Assembly (NCBI GenBank): GCA_051530055.1
Contig: CM121341.1
Coordinates: forward strand, 12,812,784 to 12,876,783
Direction of reading: 5' to 3'
DNA length: 64,000 nucleotides
Origin: Neoechinorhynchus agilis
Taxonomy: Eukaryota; Animalia; Acanthocephala
Positions 1 to 12,600 of the stretch are shown piece after piece (the stretch's first letter is position 1; every line of letters starts with the position of its first letter). A program made the position numbers and the translations under genes. Below the pieces are notes generated by a model. That model was not told the DNA's origin. It was given only the letters and a program-made list of their open reading frames with translations, and made no database searches.

Positions 1-1209
1 TATATATACAACAAAAATTGGCGAAAAATAGGCCCTAAGCGTATACCACCTTCCGCTATTTTTCCTTTTATGGAAATTGTCACTTTTGTCGCTACCTCTA
101 TCCGATCTATGCGCTAATATGTTTTCCACGTGGCTAAGCAAGGACCGTACATATTCCCGTTGATCGCCCTGAAGAGAACATCTTGACATATCTTACTCAT
201 TTCCTTCTTTGGAAAAAGAGATATTTTTAAGGATGTTACGCAATTTTGGCATTCTGAGGTCTTTTTTGATCAATGTGCTCTATCTGGTCTGTTGATAATG
301 CACTCAACCTCTGGATTGTTCAAGGCTGGTCGATTTCATTTAACTAGTTGATTATAGCATGTTACCGTTAAATGTCAAATATCCTGAAATATCGGGCTTC
401 TTGCGAAAAAATCTCGGTGGTGGTTCGTACCGATGTGGTGGTGGTGGTCGCCTTAGCAGTAGTGTATTTCTGCGATGTAAGCTGAGATTCCGGTGCCGAT
501 GACTTTTTGAACTCTTCTAACAGAGTCGAGTTAGATTCGACCGTCAGCTTCGGAAAAAGTTTTTGCCAAAGGCTCAGCAAATGGTTGAGTGCTCAGCGTA
601 AACTCAAAAGGTATTAAGTCCAAACCCGTCCTGATATTCATTTGTGCTCGAATTCATGTACGTATCAAACGATCGTCTTCAACGTCGAAATAATACCGTG
701 GATCAAGCAGACTAAATAACAGTTCGTGGCATTAAACACAATTTTTTCAGGCTAATTATGGGTTCGCCGATCGTTTAAAAAGACCATGCTTAGGCTTTCT
801 ACTAAAAGAATGCGTTGAATTTTTCTGTTGGTCCTTAAAAATGATCCCACGTTTTAAATAAAAGTTTCAACAGATTTGGGTTCACAAAGTGCATACTATG
901 ATGAGTGAACAATTCAGTTGCAACTCGTAGGAGCGTTTGCGGCACCCGACTATACATTCTAGAAGTACGCAATTTTTAGCATTTCTCAAGGACAATCCAT
1001 AAGATCGAAACAAGTTGCCATCATTTCTCTCTGAAGGTCACAGCATTACTTTATTCGTTTTTATGTAGTACACCTGGCGAAAACAGCATAGGGGATTTTC
1101 AAAATTAGTGTGTTCTAGGGATCCGCTGAAGTAAATTTAATCCACTATGCCATTCGAAGACGATGATCATAGCAAAGCTTGATTTATTAATTTTTATTTT
1201 TGTATTCGA

Positions 1210-1410
1210 TCATCTCAACCACGACCGAGGAATTCCTCCATGATGTCCTGGATATGGCGGTCTAGGTGCAGGTCGGTCGACATTTGAGTTAGGACTAAAT
1301 ATTTCGGGATGTTCATGTGATTCTGTAGGATGGTCCCGTCCAAACTCCGGATCAATATTCATTTCGGGATCAACCTTGTACGGGACGTTACTTGACGGAT
1401 CGGAGCTCAT
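1210..1410 (-). CDS. Small Pro-rich protein (66 aa from MSSDPSS), paralogue of the repeat protein at 2572-3255
   Basis: Shares DPEMNI / IDPEFGRDHPT / RPPYPG with DPGMNV / VDPGFGRPHPT / RPFPG of the 2572 ORF; TATA-like TATATA about 35 nt upstream on the minus strand. Confidence 0.55.
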   Translation of the reverse strand: MSSDPSSNVPYKVDPEMNIDPEFGRDHPTESHEHPEIFSPNSNVDRPAPRPPYPGHHGGIPRSWLR

Positions 1411-1746
1411 TTTCCAAACTACAACATGTCCCAGTTTCACAATATATAAAAACGGATTCGTAGAATGAGTCTCCATAAATGCGAAGTTTGACTCAGTTGC
1501 ATGTGTTGGATATACCTTTTCCTCCTTTTTACGTAGCCTTCACATTTGAAAATCCAAAGACAGATATATGTCCTTTATGTGCGTCCTTTGCCTTAGTCTT
1601 CGCTCATGAGCATCGTTTCATAGCGCATATTGCCTAAGCTATTTACCTACCGTCTCAAGAGTTTGAGGCAATTATTGAGTCTTTGGTAAATGTGCAAACA
1701 TCACTAAGCACAAAGGCTGAGATATATTCATTCAAAGTTAGACGAT

Positions 1747-2295
1747 ATGGGTCTTGTCTGCTCAAAAGCTAATCTCGAACAAAATGACTCATTTAAGGAT
1801 ATAAACGAAAGTTTAAGTCAGTTCTCAATCAGTATTGCTGATGATGATAGCCTTTGTGAAAACGTAATTCTTGATGTTAGTGCGCTTGGGAATCCGGGAA
1901 CAATTGGACAGATCAGTGAGCGTAGACAGTGCACAGGAAGTGTAAAAGTCTCTAATAGTTTGAAAGCTGTATCATTGAGGAGTAAAAGTTCTTCGGTGAC
2001 ACGATTAGCCATAATGTCAAAGATGAGGAGATGTCGGAGTTCAGTGTTCGGTGGATCGCGAAGGAGCTATCAAGTTGCCATCTATAATTCAAATCCAAGA
2101 TTAAGAACAGCGAAGCTCAGTAAAAGCATCGATTGTGACTTTATTGCACGAAAAGGGTCTATTGAAGGTTGGTTTGCGCGAATAAAAATGTTAATATTGT
2201 GGTTTTTCTTGTTTAGGAACTTACACCCGATCGCGAACGCTAAATCGCACAGTGATGCAGTGAGTTTAGACTTTGTTGTTTTAGCTGGGCAATAA
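1747..2295 (+). CDS. Hypothetical 182-aa protein with possible N-myristoylation/palmitoylation start (MGLVCS)
   Basis: Long ATG ORF in AT-rich DNA with an MG-x-x-x-S motif; no recognisable domain. Confidence 0.35.
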   Translation: MGLVCSKANLEQNDSFKDINESLSQFSISIADDDSLCENVILDVSALGNPGTIGQISERRQCTGSVKVSNSLKAVSLRSKSSSVTRLAIMSKMRRCRSSVFGGSRRSYQVAIYNSNPRLRTAKLSKSIDCDFIARKGSIEGWFARIKMLILWFFLFRNLHPIANAKSHSDAVSLDFVVLAGQ

Positions 2296-2571
2296 ATCGT
2301 GCTGTAATAAGATAAGGAAAACTCAGGAATAAAAATCTCAGTTATTATTTTGCGCGTTTGCTTTTTACAATCACGGACCTGTAATGACATTGTTAAAATA
2401 CATTAAAGACATTTTATGGATCCTTGATATGACGAATAGCATAGCCACGATTAGCGTGTTAGACAAATGAGTCAAACTACGCTCAAAATGTGACTCTTCC
2501 TTAAACTCACACCCTGTAGCTAGGTGTATAAAACAAAGGAATGGGGTGCGCTAGCTTACTTTTTATTCGAA

Positions 2572-3255
2572 ATGAGCGGTTATTATGGATACAACAATCC
2601 GAATGCTTCAGCGCCGTCTTATGACTTAGATTCTGAAATGAACGTTTATCCAGGAAATAACAATCCAAATGCTTCAGCACCACCGTACGACGTTGATTCC
2701 AATATGACTGTTTATCCAAAACCAAACAGACCATTCCCTGGTGGATCAAATGTCGATCCAGGGTTTGGAAGACCGCATCCAACGTATCCAACATATGTTC
2801 CTGATCCGGGAATGAACGTTTATCCAGGAAATAACAATCCAAATGCTTCAGCGCCACCGTACGACGTTGATTCCAATATGACGGTTTATCCAAAACCAAA
2901 CAGACCTTTCCCTGGTGGATCAAACATCGATCCAGGATTTGGAAGACCGCATCCAACGTATCCAACATATGTTCCTGATCCCGGAATGAACGTTTATCCA
3001 GGAAATAACAATCCAAGTGCTTCAGCACCACCGTACGACGTTGATTCCAATATGACTGTTTATCCAAAACCAAACAGACCATTCCCTGGTGGATCAAATG
3101 TCGATCCAGGGTTTGGAAGACCGCATCCAACGTATCCAACATATGTTCCTGATCCGGGAATGAACGTTTATCCGGGCAACTCCGGACCGTCATACAATTT
3201 TGATTCTGAAATGAATCTTCATCCAGGTGCACGTCGCCCCGAGCCGCGAAATTAG
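2572..3255 (+). CDS. Pro/Asn/Tyr-rich tandem-repeat protein (227 aa from MSGYYG; 3 x 58-aa repeats)
   Basis: Open frame; repeats differ mostly at silent positions; TATAAA at about 2527; no signal peptide visible. Confidence 0.75.
   Translation: MSGYYGYNNPNASAPSYDLDSEMNVYPGNNNPNASAPPYDVDSNMTVYPKPNRPFPGGSNVDPGFGRPHPTYPTYVPDPGMNVYPGNNNPNASAPPYDVDSNMTVYPKPNRPFPGGSNIDPGFGRPHPTYPTYVPDPGMNVYPGNNNPSASAPPYDVDSNMTVYPKPNRPFPGGSNVDPGFGRPHPTYPTYVPDPGMNVYPGNSGPSYNFDSEMNLHPGARRPEPRN
2638..3175 (+). repeat. Coding tandem repeat, 174-bp unit x3 plus a partial unit
   Basis: ATGAACGTTTATCC recurs at 2638, 2812, 2986 and 3160. Confidence 0.95.
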
Positions 3256-4319
3256 GATCTACCTGCTATGACTCTAGGTCGATATATAATCGGGTAGTTT
3301 TGTTTTCCTAAAAACAATAAAATAAAAGTGAGCTTTGAATTAATAAATTAACGCTAGGGGTTATTTGAACTACATCATTGGGTCCTTTTTTAATGACCAA
3401 CAAACAAAAAGCTCTTATGTATTAAATTGATGTTTGAAAAACAATTCCTGGAACAGTGTTTCAAAGCAATTTATATATTATTGAAGTTTTTTATAAACTC
3501 AGATAGAACAAAAATAATATCGATAACCATTGCAGATCACTCAAGCCACCTTATTTATTCCAATTCGATCCCTAATTAACGCTAAGCTATTGCTCAAAAG
3601 AAAGACCGCATAGCATTGTGCTTCAATTCAGGAAATTATGGTATATTTTACAAAAATACTGTAGTAAAATTCAAGTTGATTTTTGTTGTCGATTTGTATC
3701 TCGCAGCCGTGAATCGCTTTAAAAGTCGGTGTCTAGCAGTTCGTAAATGAGAAAGGCTTCAAATTGAATTTTTGCCTATTGGGGATAGCTTTCACATTAA
3801 CAAATACCACTTTTGAGGTAGTATTTTTATATCTTTGTTTTAAATACGTGGACACTATCACTCGTGAATCTCAGTTAATTTCAATGCACTATTTGAAAAA
3901 TGTCAAAAGTAGCATTTGCAAGAGGTCAAATATGCTACTCTGTGGAGACACGGAGATTCATACTAAGCAAAAATTTATTTGCATTATTTTGCTGTAGCTA
4001 GAAGTCCGTTCAGTATGGTAACGTCGTTAGATGTTATTTTCTGTATCAGAGAAGTTGCAGATTTTATCTTATAAAAGCGCAAAGAGAAAACTTATGCACA
4101 TCCCTGGGATGATGAGAAAACGCGTAGTGATCAAACCATAGAGATAAATTTATGACGACGGAATATTCATCCATCGAATAATTTTACGAAACAATATATT
4201 CGCTATTAGAAATTATGAATTTTTATTTTTTAAACAGTATATTTGTTGAAATATTCCATAGCGTTTCATAAAAGTAAATGTAATTCTCATATCCCAGTGA
4301 TGGCGGCAGTCAAATCCCG

Positions 4320-4950
4320 TCGCGCACTCTCTCCAGTCCAGCTTTAACGGCTGGTACCTAGACGATGCCACGCTCGGAGGTACCCCCCTCTTCTACTACG
4401 CGATTTGGAGACACTCATGAAGGAGACGGCGAAATATTTTTATTGAACTAAATATTGTGAAATGCGAGATTTTTCTGATGAACGTGGAAGATGAGGCGTC
4501 CAGGCAAACTATCGTGAAAGATTTTCAGAACCTGGCCTTCGAAATAGAATTGATCACACTAGACCGGTTGAGTCTTTTAGGAAGTTGCATTTTTGGTATC
4601 GTTAAGGCTGCTAATCATAGGTGTGAAGATTCCGGTAGTAAGCACGTCTCCGTCACTAACCACAAACAATCAGTTTGGGATTCACTTCTACTAGCGAAAA
4701 TTAATAATTCTTTAATTTTAGATTTTTGTGACCTGGTGAAACGAACTCGATTAGCGGCAGTCTCTACAAGGTAATCCGGTGCTTGGCTCAACGCTATCCA
4801 AATCGCTTCTGTGGGCACCCTTCTCTCAGACGAGACAATAAGGATCGCAGTATTCCTGAGACTTGATGGGCACGGATGTGCACATCCCATCGCTGTCGTT
4901 GCAGAGCGACCGTGGATCCATCGTGGCGTCATGGTCTCGTCTGTCGATAC
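4320..4950 (+). mobile_element. CRE-like (RLE-type) non-LTR retrotransposon fragment, degraded
   Basis: WYLDDATLGG RT motif, then SGAWLNAIQIASVGTLLSDETIRIAVFLRL and CRC..RHGLVC; nucleotide similarity to 50630-50880 and 63900-64000. Confidence 0.8.
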
Positions 4951-6057
4951 TCAGAAATGAATGTAATTCTGCGCGCCGACTCGATGGATGTAGACCGGAC
5001 GGTGTCACAATATTCCTCTAGTCAGCAACATAAAATTCGAAGCTGTTTAATCAGGACGAGCAGCAACCGCCGATGAACGCAAAAATACGAAATACCGGGA
5101 CGTGGATCGAAATCATAGTTTCGTCCCCTTGGACGTTGAGATACTCCGGCCGTTTGGTACCTCGGCTTAGGACCTGGTCAAGAAATTGTTCGAGATACTC
5201 AGACAAATCACTGGTGATTCGAGATCAGGAGCATTTACGCTGCATCCGTCTTATTGTCTATTAACAGTCGATTTAGACGTAGATCTTCACGACAAAATCC
5301 ACATTTCCGAATTATATGGGTAATAAATTGTAAGGTAGTTGTACAATCAATAATTTCTAGATTTGATTGAAGTGCACTTGAATTCTGCACATGGAAAAAA
5401 CGATAAAAAGTATTTTTCACGGATTCTATTAAGCTTTTATTAGATATCAGACGAAATTCCGACTAATTTCACTTCAGATCTGTCATTGAAAATCCATTAT
5501 TTTCAATCACATCATGTTTTTAGAACTAAATAATTAACATTCTGAAAAGCCTTAAGTCCTATGCAGTGTACACAATTTTCTTGCCCGCTTGAATGGACTG
5601 TATTCCATTAATATAGCTTTTACTTTCACTTCATGTTGTTTTTTAGGCTTAATTCAAAATTATATTTAAATCATGGACGAGCGTATGGCGACAAAGTCTA
5701 TAAAATGCACTTCCAATACATAGACAAAGCCTAACTTTGTACAATTAGAAGAAATGCTAGAGTTTAGCAAATCGGAGGTATTTTTAGAATTGCGATTGCT
5801 AGTGGGTATGTTCAAGTACTTTTTGTTCAGATTACATAATCCTTTTTTTATTATAAGTTCACGAGAAGAATAGTAATCACCGAACCCACATCCCAGCGAA
5901 GATGACGGATGTTTATAAACGAAAAGAAATGGTTAGTTTCCAACAGTGAGTTGACGTTAAAACATTCGATGCTCAGTTGCGGCTGACAATCTATCACTGC
6001 CAGTCGTTTTCGCTGAAAACATACACCCACTCACTCCTCTGGTGTAGTTGTCTTAAT

Positions 6058-6417
6058 CTACTCTTCCTCTTCAGCTTCTACATCCTCGATCGGTTGAGCT
6101 CCTGGCACAGTTTCATGCGGTCTATTGGTCATAGTTGACTCTTTGTTCCCCAAATGCTCACCGACGTCCATTCCTAATACTCCAGCGCCGACACCGAATC
6201 CGTAACCCTTTGGTCCATATTTCCTTGCATAGCAATGCTTGCAGAAGATGTTGTTCTCGAAAACGGCCAAAGTGGTAGATTCTAGGGAGCGTTTGCACAG
6301 TCCGCATTTATAGCAGGTTTTATGCCATTTTTTGCCGGCTACATTCATTTCCTCAGCGAAGAATACGGGTTTGTCGCATCGTGGGCAGTGTTCAGATTCG
6401 GCCATTTGGAAGGGCAT
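6058..6417 (-). CDS. Muscle LIM protein / CSRP-family single-LIM protein (119 aa from MPFQ)
   Basis: CPRC..WHKTCYKCGLC..FCKHCY LIM domain followed by the Gly-rich KYGPKGYGFGVGAG signature of the CRP/MLP family. Confidence 0.92.
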   Translation of the reverse strand: MPFQMAESEHCPRCDKPVFFAEEMNVAGKKWHKTCYKCGLCKRSLESTTLAVFENNIFCKHCYARKYGPKGYGFGVGAGVLGMDVGEHLGNKESTMTNRPHETVPGAQPIEDVEAEEEE

Positions 6418-8477
6418 TGTGTAAGTCTTTTGAGGGAGAAGAAGATGTAAGAGTGTGTTGGTATCATGCAAAGCGAAAACGATATTTCTTATATAGACTC
6501 CTTCAGCAGCTTCGTGGCACCACATAAGCAATTGTGTTCGCTGATGAAGGGATGATAGGAACCTTAGTTCGTGTGCGTCTGTATGGTGCCGAGCGATCTT
6601 CTTCATTCTTTTTGTGTGTGTGCATACATTATCAGAACACAGTGGTGCTGTCCTAATGCCACAGATACTAGCGATGCCATCAAAGGAAGATCAAGCGGAA
6701 ATTGTGGAAAAGCTGCGTCAACAGGCGCTCTCTATCCTACACGAGTGTCATTAAGACAAAGACAATGAAAACTGTCGAAGATAATGCAGTGAACTGAATA
6801 TAATCGATTTGTGTGCCGAATATTCATTTTTGGGAAATCGATTGAATTTGAAGGGAATACTGAAGATAAACTTTCGCGTGCTGGGAATCAGTGTCACAAG
6901 TGTCGTGTCATCGTGTTTGTAGACGTCAAATGCTCATGTTCAATTTGCCACATGCGAGGAGACGATCTTAATGAATTAGCCCCGGTTACTTCTTTTTTCT
7001 ATAATCAACACCCCCGATTCATGGCAGTTAAAATGTACGAAAAAAAACAACCAACAGGATCGATTAGTTTCTACACCGAGAGATTATAAACGAAACCGAT
7101 GTTATGATTCAATGTACTTTTGACAAAATATACCGTTTACACTTTCTAGAATAAGCAAAAGATCATTTAAACTCACTTTTTTTGATTGACCTAGGAAACG
7201 TTTTTAATAATAAGAAAAAACATCCTTAGAAATAACAATTGCTTGTTTTATCAAACATCTAACACTACTTTTTAGGCTTAAAACTTCAAACGATTTATTG
7301 ATTACAATATCTAGGCACAATTATCGCCGTGGAACATTTGCAAAATTCATATTCTATTCTCATGTGTGACATACAAACGCTATTCCTAAAAATTAGAGTC
7401 TGAATTAGTTTTTCACGCATTAAACCCGTCTTGAACGATCCATTAAAAGCAGGGAAATGTGATAAATGTGAATATTGTTTTGAATACGCCAAAATGTGCA
7501 AGAAAAGCACTCCATCACTGAATCTAATGATACCGACACGATAGTGTAGAACCGAAAACTTGGATTTTTTACAATAACCCGTCTCAAATGTATTATATCC
7601 TTATTTTTATGAAGGATATACCTAAGATGTAGGTCTTTTCTTTTTTGAAAACGCATGGATAATACTTTTGGGACAAAACGAACATTTAATTAAAAAATAC
7701 CCAACAGCTCAGCTAGCTGAACCTTTTAAAAGACAATACTTCAAATGGTGATCTGGCCACTTGGATCAATTAAACGTAAGTGAATGTGCTCTAACTAATA
7801 ACTTCTAGTAAATAAGTTCCAAAAGACAATGGGTGCCATGTTACATTGGAGTTCATGCGAACAAAGTGCAAATAAAAATGAGATATCCGTTCGAAAGCTT
7901 GAAGGAAAAATCATGGTGATTTTTTGTCGATTAAATTTACAATGAATCACAAAGCTTAATTCGGAACCAATGATTTGAAATCGAGAAAAACCCCTTTCAT
8001 GGCAGTTCCTAAACTAGAGATAACATTAACGAAAAGACGCAAGACGCATCGTTATCACAAAAATGGATCAATGATCTTCATTATCGTTCAATTGCTTATT
8101 GACATTCAAATGGGGTTAAACGTTCTAACCACTTTATGGAATGTAAAATTTTAATCTATAGGAAAATCGACTTACCCGGCGATTTGTGTTCGAGCCTCGT
8201 AATATAGCCAAGGTATTCATTTAAATAATCAACGGAGAACCAGTAGCGTAAATTCACACTAAAGCATGCAGATTGCGACGGTCGAGGGAGGACAAAAGCT
8301 GGAATTTGGCGGGAGGTGGTGAGTATGCTTCAAACAGATTGTTTGAATTGTTAAAAATATATTATGTTGGTTGTGAAAAAAAAGAAATTAAAAAAAAGTT
8401 TAAATAAACTATTTTACTTTTCACAATACGTTATTCTTTTGGTCGGTCCTCTACACCCAAGAGAGAGATCGTTAAGG

Positions 8478-8565
8478 TGATAACACATTTATTTGTTAAT
8501 TAACAAAGATAAGAACCTATGTATTCTTGGGTCCTCATGAACACTCGAATTTACAGGAGAGATTG
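8478..8565 (-). repeat. Dispersed repeat, inverted homologue of 25229-25320 and 33620-33710
   Basis: Reverse complement ATCTCTCCTGTAAATTCGAGTGTTCATGAGGACCCAAG..CTTTGTTAATTAACAAATAAATGTGTTAT matches the left edge of duplication B. Confidence 0.8.
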
Positions 8566-8842
8566 TGGGGTTGGATCTTTCCTCCGGTTCATTTCAATTC
8601 TTGATTGAACTAGTGAAAAAGGTTTTTTAATAAGAGAAAACACTTAACAACTGATGGAAAGCCAATGTTGAGTGGTATAAAAATATTGCGTGAGGTTTAA
8701 GAAAAATTATGAATATCGAGTGCGATGAGAAATATTTGCGTACCGTTAAAAATCGATAGCTTTCTATTCTCAAACGATTCATGAACACAAAAATAATTTT
8801 TACTAAAAGAGCACTATTTGTCGCTCTCTCTCCTTCTTTCAT

Positions 8843-9344
8843 TTACCGATCAGTGCCAAACTCCTTTCTGAGTTCATCAAGTTTTCCGATGAGCTTTAGC
8901 GCCGGACCAAATTTTATCCCCATGGATCGTTTGATATCCTCGTCTTGAATAAGCAACAAAGCGCCTCCATCGATTTCCTCTCTTACAAAGGCAGCAGCAG
9001 CATCAGCATTGAGTGTCGTCCGTTGAACAAAATCGGCGACGTGTTGAACTGACCACGTTCTTGGATCAGGCGGAAGAGTCCCGGATGATCTGAGGTCGGT
9101 TGCCTGCTGCAAAGGAGCGGGCGTTTCAAGGGGAATAACTTCTCGCCGCGGTGGTTGGACAGCAGACTGTGCAATCTGTACTACATCAGCAACTCATATC
9201 TCCAAGAAACTAAGATACAAACAGCTGACTTAGACTTGTCTCAGGTGGAGAAATAAGTGCTGCCCGACTACGAACTGGAAACATCTTCTCACTTTCTCTA
9301 ATAACATATCCATCTATAGTATGGCTTAGCATTCCTTCCGACAT
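8843..9344 (-). CDS. Polyhomeotic-like protein (HD1 + SAM), 2 exons (9344-9236, 9180-8843), about 148 aa
   Basis: LSHTIDGYVIRESEKMFPV resembles Ph HD1 (LTHxIEGFVIQEgxEPFPV); C-terminal WSVQHVADFV..EEIDGGALLL..MGIKFGPALK is a Ph/Scm-type SAM; the GT-AG intron at 9235-9181 restores frame. Confidence 0.8.
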
Positions 9345-9636
9345 TTCTTCAATGAAATCGAATCAGCAACCAGAGTAGTTAAGACTATCATTTAAACACT
9401 ATGTTCAGTTTGAAAATAAACTAAAAATTCTTCTTCAGAGTATGACGTCATTAAGTTTCCTGACTCGAACGAAATTTCACGTGACTTAGCAGTCATTATC
9501 AATACGATCTCCATCCGGTGCTCACAAGCCGCCTAAATAACAAATTGTCGAAAAGAAGTTGATCATAGGTATCTTTCGTTTAGCAATTAAGAAAGTAGAC
9601 ATCAATTTTAATAATTCCCGATATTGCGTACTTGTA

Positions 9637-12600
9637 TATGGCGCAAAAATTAAAGGATTTTATTAATTCCAATTGTTTTCGGAACCATAATTTTGTTCGC
9701 GTTCATCACTGTTGTAAAAGTGCTTTATTCACCAAAATGCAATCCTCAACACCTGATATCGTCAACAAATTTCTCCGTTTTTAAGTGTTAGTTTTATTGT
9801 GCACTTGATGGCATTATCTTTGTTGTTTAAAGATTGAACTGTTCGAATGTTTTTATGGCGCAAAAATTAAAGGATTTTATTAATTCCAATTGTTTTCGGA
9901 ACCATAATTTTGTACCCGTTTATCACGGTTGTAAAAGTACTGTATTCCCCCAAATGCAATCCTCGACACCTGATATCGTCAAACAATTTCTCCGCTTTGC
10001 GATGTTAGTTTTATAGTCCACTTGAATGCATTATCTTTATTGTTTAAAGATTGAACTATTGAATGTTTTTATAGCGCAAAAATTAAAGGATTTTATTAAT
10101 TCCAATCGTTTTCGGAACCATAATTTTGTACGCGTTTATCACTGTTGTAAACGTGCTTTATTCACCAAAATGCAATCCTCAACAACTGATATCGTCAACA
10201 AATTTCTCCGTTTTGAATGTTATTTTATGTCACTTGAGCTTTCTTTGTTGTTAAAGATTGAACATTCGAATGTTTTTATGCGCAAAAATTAAAGGATTTT
10301 TTAATTCCAATTGTTTTGGAACCATATTTTTCCGTTTATCACGTTGTAAAGTCTTATTCCCAAATGCAATCCTCGACACCTGATATCTCAAATTTCTCCT
10401 TTGAATGTTAGTTTTATAGTCACTTGACGCTTTCTTTGTTTTTAAATTGAACATTCAATGTTTTTATCGCAAAAATTAAAAAACCAAAACAAACAAACGA
10501 TATCGCAAAATTTCTCGTTTATGTTAGTACACCCAAAGATTGAACATTCGAATGTTTTATGGCGCAAAAATTAAAGTTTTATTAATTCCAATTGTTTTCG
10601 GAACCATAATTTTTCTTTATCACTGTTGTAAAGTGCTTTATTCACCAAAGCAATCCTCAACACCGATATCGTCAACAATTTCTCCGCTTTGAGATGTTAG
10701 TTTTATAGTCCACTTGAATGCATTATCTTTGTTGTTTAAAGATTGAACTATTCGAATGTTTTTATAGCGCAAAAATTAAAGGATTTTATTAATTCCAATT
10801 GTTTTCGGAACCATAATTTTGTACGCGTTTATCACTGTTGTAAAAGTGCTTTATTCACCAAAATGCAATCCTCAACACCTGATATCGTCAACAAATTTCT
10901 CCGTTTTGAAATGTTAGTTTTATTGTGCACTTGATGGCATTATCTTTGTTGTTTAAAGATTGAACTATTCGAATGTTTTTATGGCGCAAAAATTAAAGGA
11001 TTTTATTAATTCCAATTGTTTTCGGAACCATAATTTTGTACCCGTTTATCACGGTTGTAAAAGTACTGTATTCCCCCAAATGCAATCCTCGACACCTGAT
11101 ATCGTCAAACAATTTCTCCGCTTTGCGATGTTAGTTTTATAGTCCACTTGAATGCATTATCTTTATTGTTTAAAGATTGAACTATTAGAATGTTTTTATA
11201 GCGCAAAAATTAAAGGATTTTATTAATTCCAATCGTTTTCGGAACCATAATTTTGTACGCGTTTATCACTGTTGTAAACGTGCTTTATTCACCAAAATGC
11301 AATCCTCAACAACTGATATCGTCAACAAATTTCTCCGTTTTGAAATGTTAGTTTTATTGTGCACTTGATGGCATTATCTTTGTTGTTTAAAGATTGAACT
11401 ATTCGAATGTTTTTATGGCGCAAAAATTAAAGGATTTTGTTAATTCCAATTGTTTTCGGAACCATTATTTTGTACCCGTTTATCACGGTTGTAAACGTGC
11501 TTTATTCACCAAAATGCAATCCTCGACACCTGATATCATCAGCAAATTTCTCCCTTTTGAAATGTTAGTTTTATAGTCTACTTGACGGCATTATCTTTGT
11601 TCTTTGAAGATTGAACTATTCGAATGTTTTTATGGCGCAAAAATTAAACGATTTTATTAATTCCAATTGTTTTCGGAACCATAATTTTTTGCGTTTATCA
11701 CTGTTGTAAACGTGCTTTATTCACCAAAATGCAATCCTCAACACCTGATATCGTCAAACAATTTCTCCGCTTTGAGATGTTAGTTTTATAGTCCACTTGA
11801 CTGCGTTGTCTTTGTTGTTTAAAGATTGAACTATTCGAATGTTTTTATGGCGCAAAAATTAAAGGATTTTATTAATTCCAATTGTTTTCGGAACCATAAT
11901 TTTGTACGCGTTTATCACTGTTGTAAACGTGCTTTATTCACCAAAATGCAATCCTCAACACCTGATATCGTCAAACAATTTCTCCGCTTTGAGATGTTAG
12001 TTTTATAGTCCACTTGACTGCGTTTTCTTTGTTGTTTAAAGATTGAACTATTCGAATGTTTTTATGGCGCAAAAATTAAAGGATTTTATTAATTCCAATT
12101 GTTTTCGGAACCATAATTTTGTACGCATTTATCACTGTTGTAAAAGTGCTTTATTCACCAAACGCAATCCTCAACACCCGATATCGTCAACAAATTTCTC
12201 CGCTTTGCGATGTTAGTTTTATAGTCCACTTGAATGCATTATCTTTATTGTTTAAAGATTGAACTATTCGAATGTTTTTATAGCGCAAAAATTAAAGGAT
12301 TTTATTAATTCCAATCGTTTTCGGAACCATAATTTTGTACGCGTTTATCACTGTTGTAAACGTGCTTTATTCACCAAAATGCAATCCTCAACACCTGATA
12401 TCGTCAACAAATTTCTCCGTTTTGAAATGTTAGTGTTATAGTACACTTGGTTGCATTATCTTTGTTGTTTGAAGATTAAACTATTGGAATGTTTTTATGG
12501 CGCAAAAATTAAAGCATTTTATTAATTCCAGTTGTTTTCGGAACTATAATTTTATACGCATTTATCACTGTTGTAAAAGTGCTTTATTCACCAAAATGCA

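Noticed and set aside
368-580. Thr-rich 70-aa minus-strand ORF
   Set aside because: TTG start and flanking frames full of stops; no gene model could be built
2507-3232. 241-aa minus-strand repeat ORF
   Set aside because: Antisense shadow of the 174-bp coding repeat on the plus strand
10290-10700. Abruptly eroded satellite units with many 1-3 nt deletions
   Set aside because: The pattern looks like a low-coverage long-read consensus error; not treated as biology without raw reads
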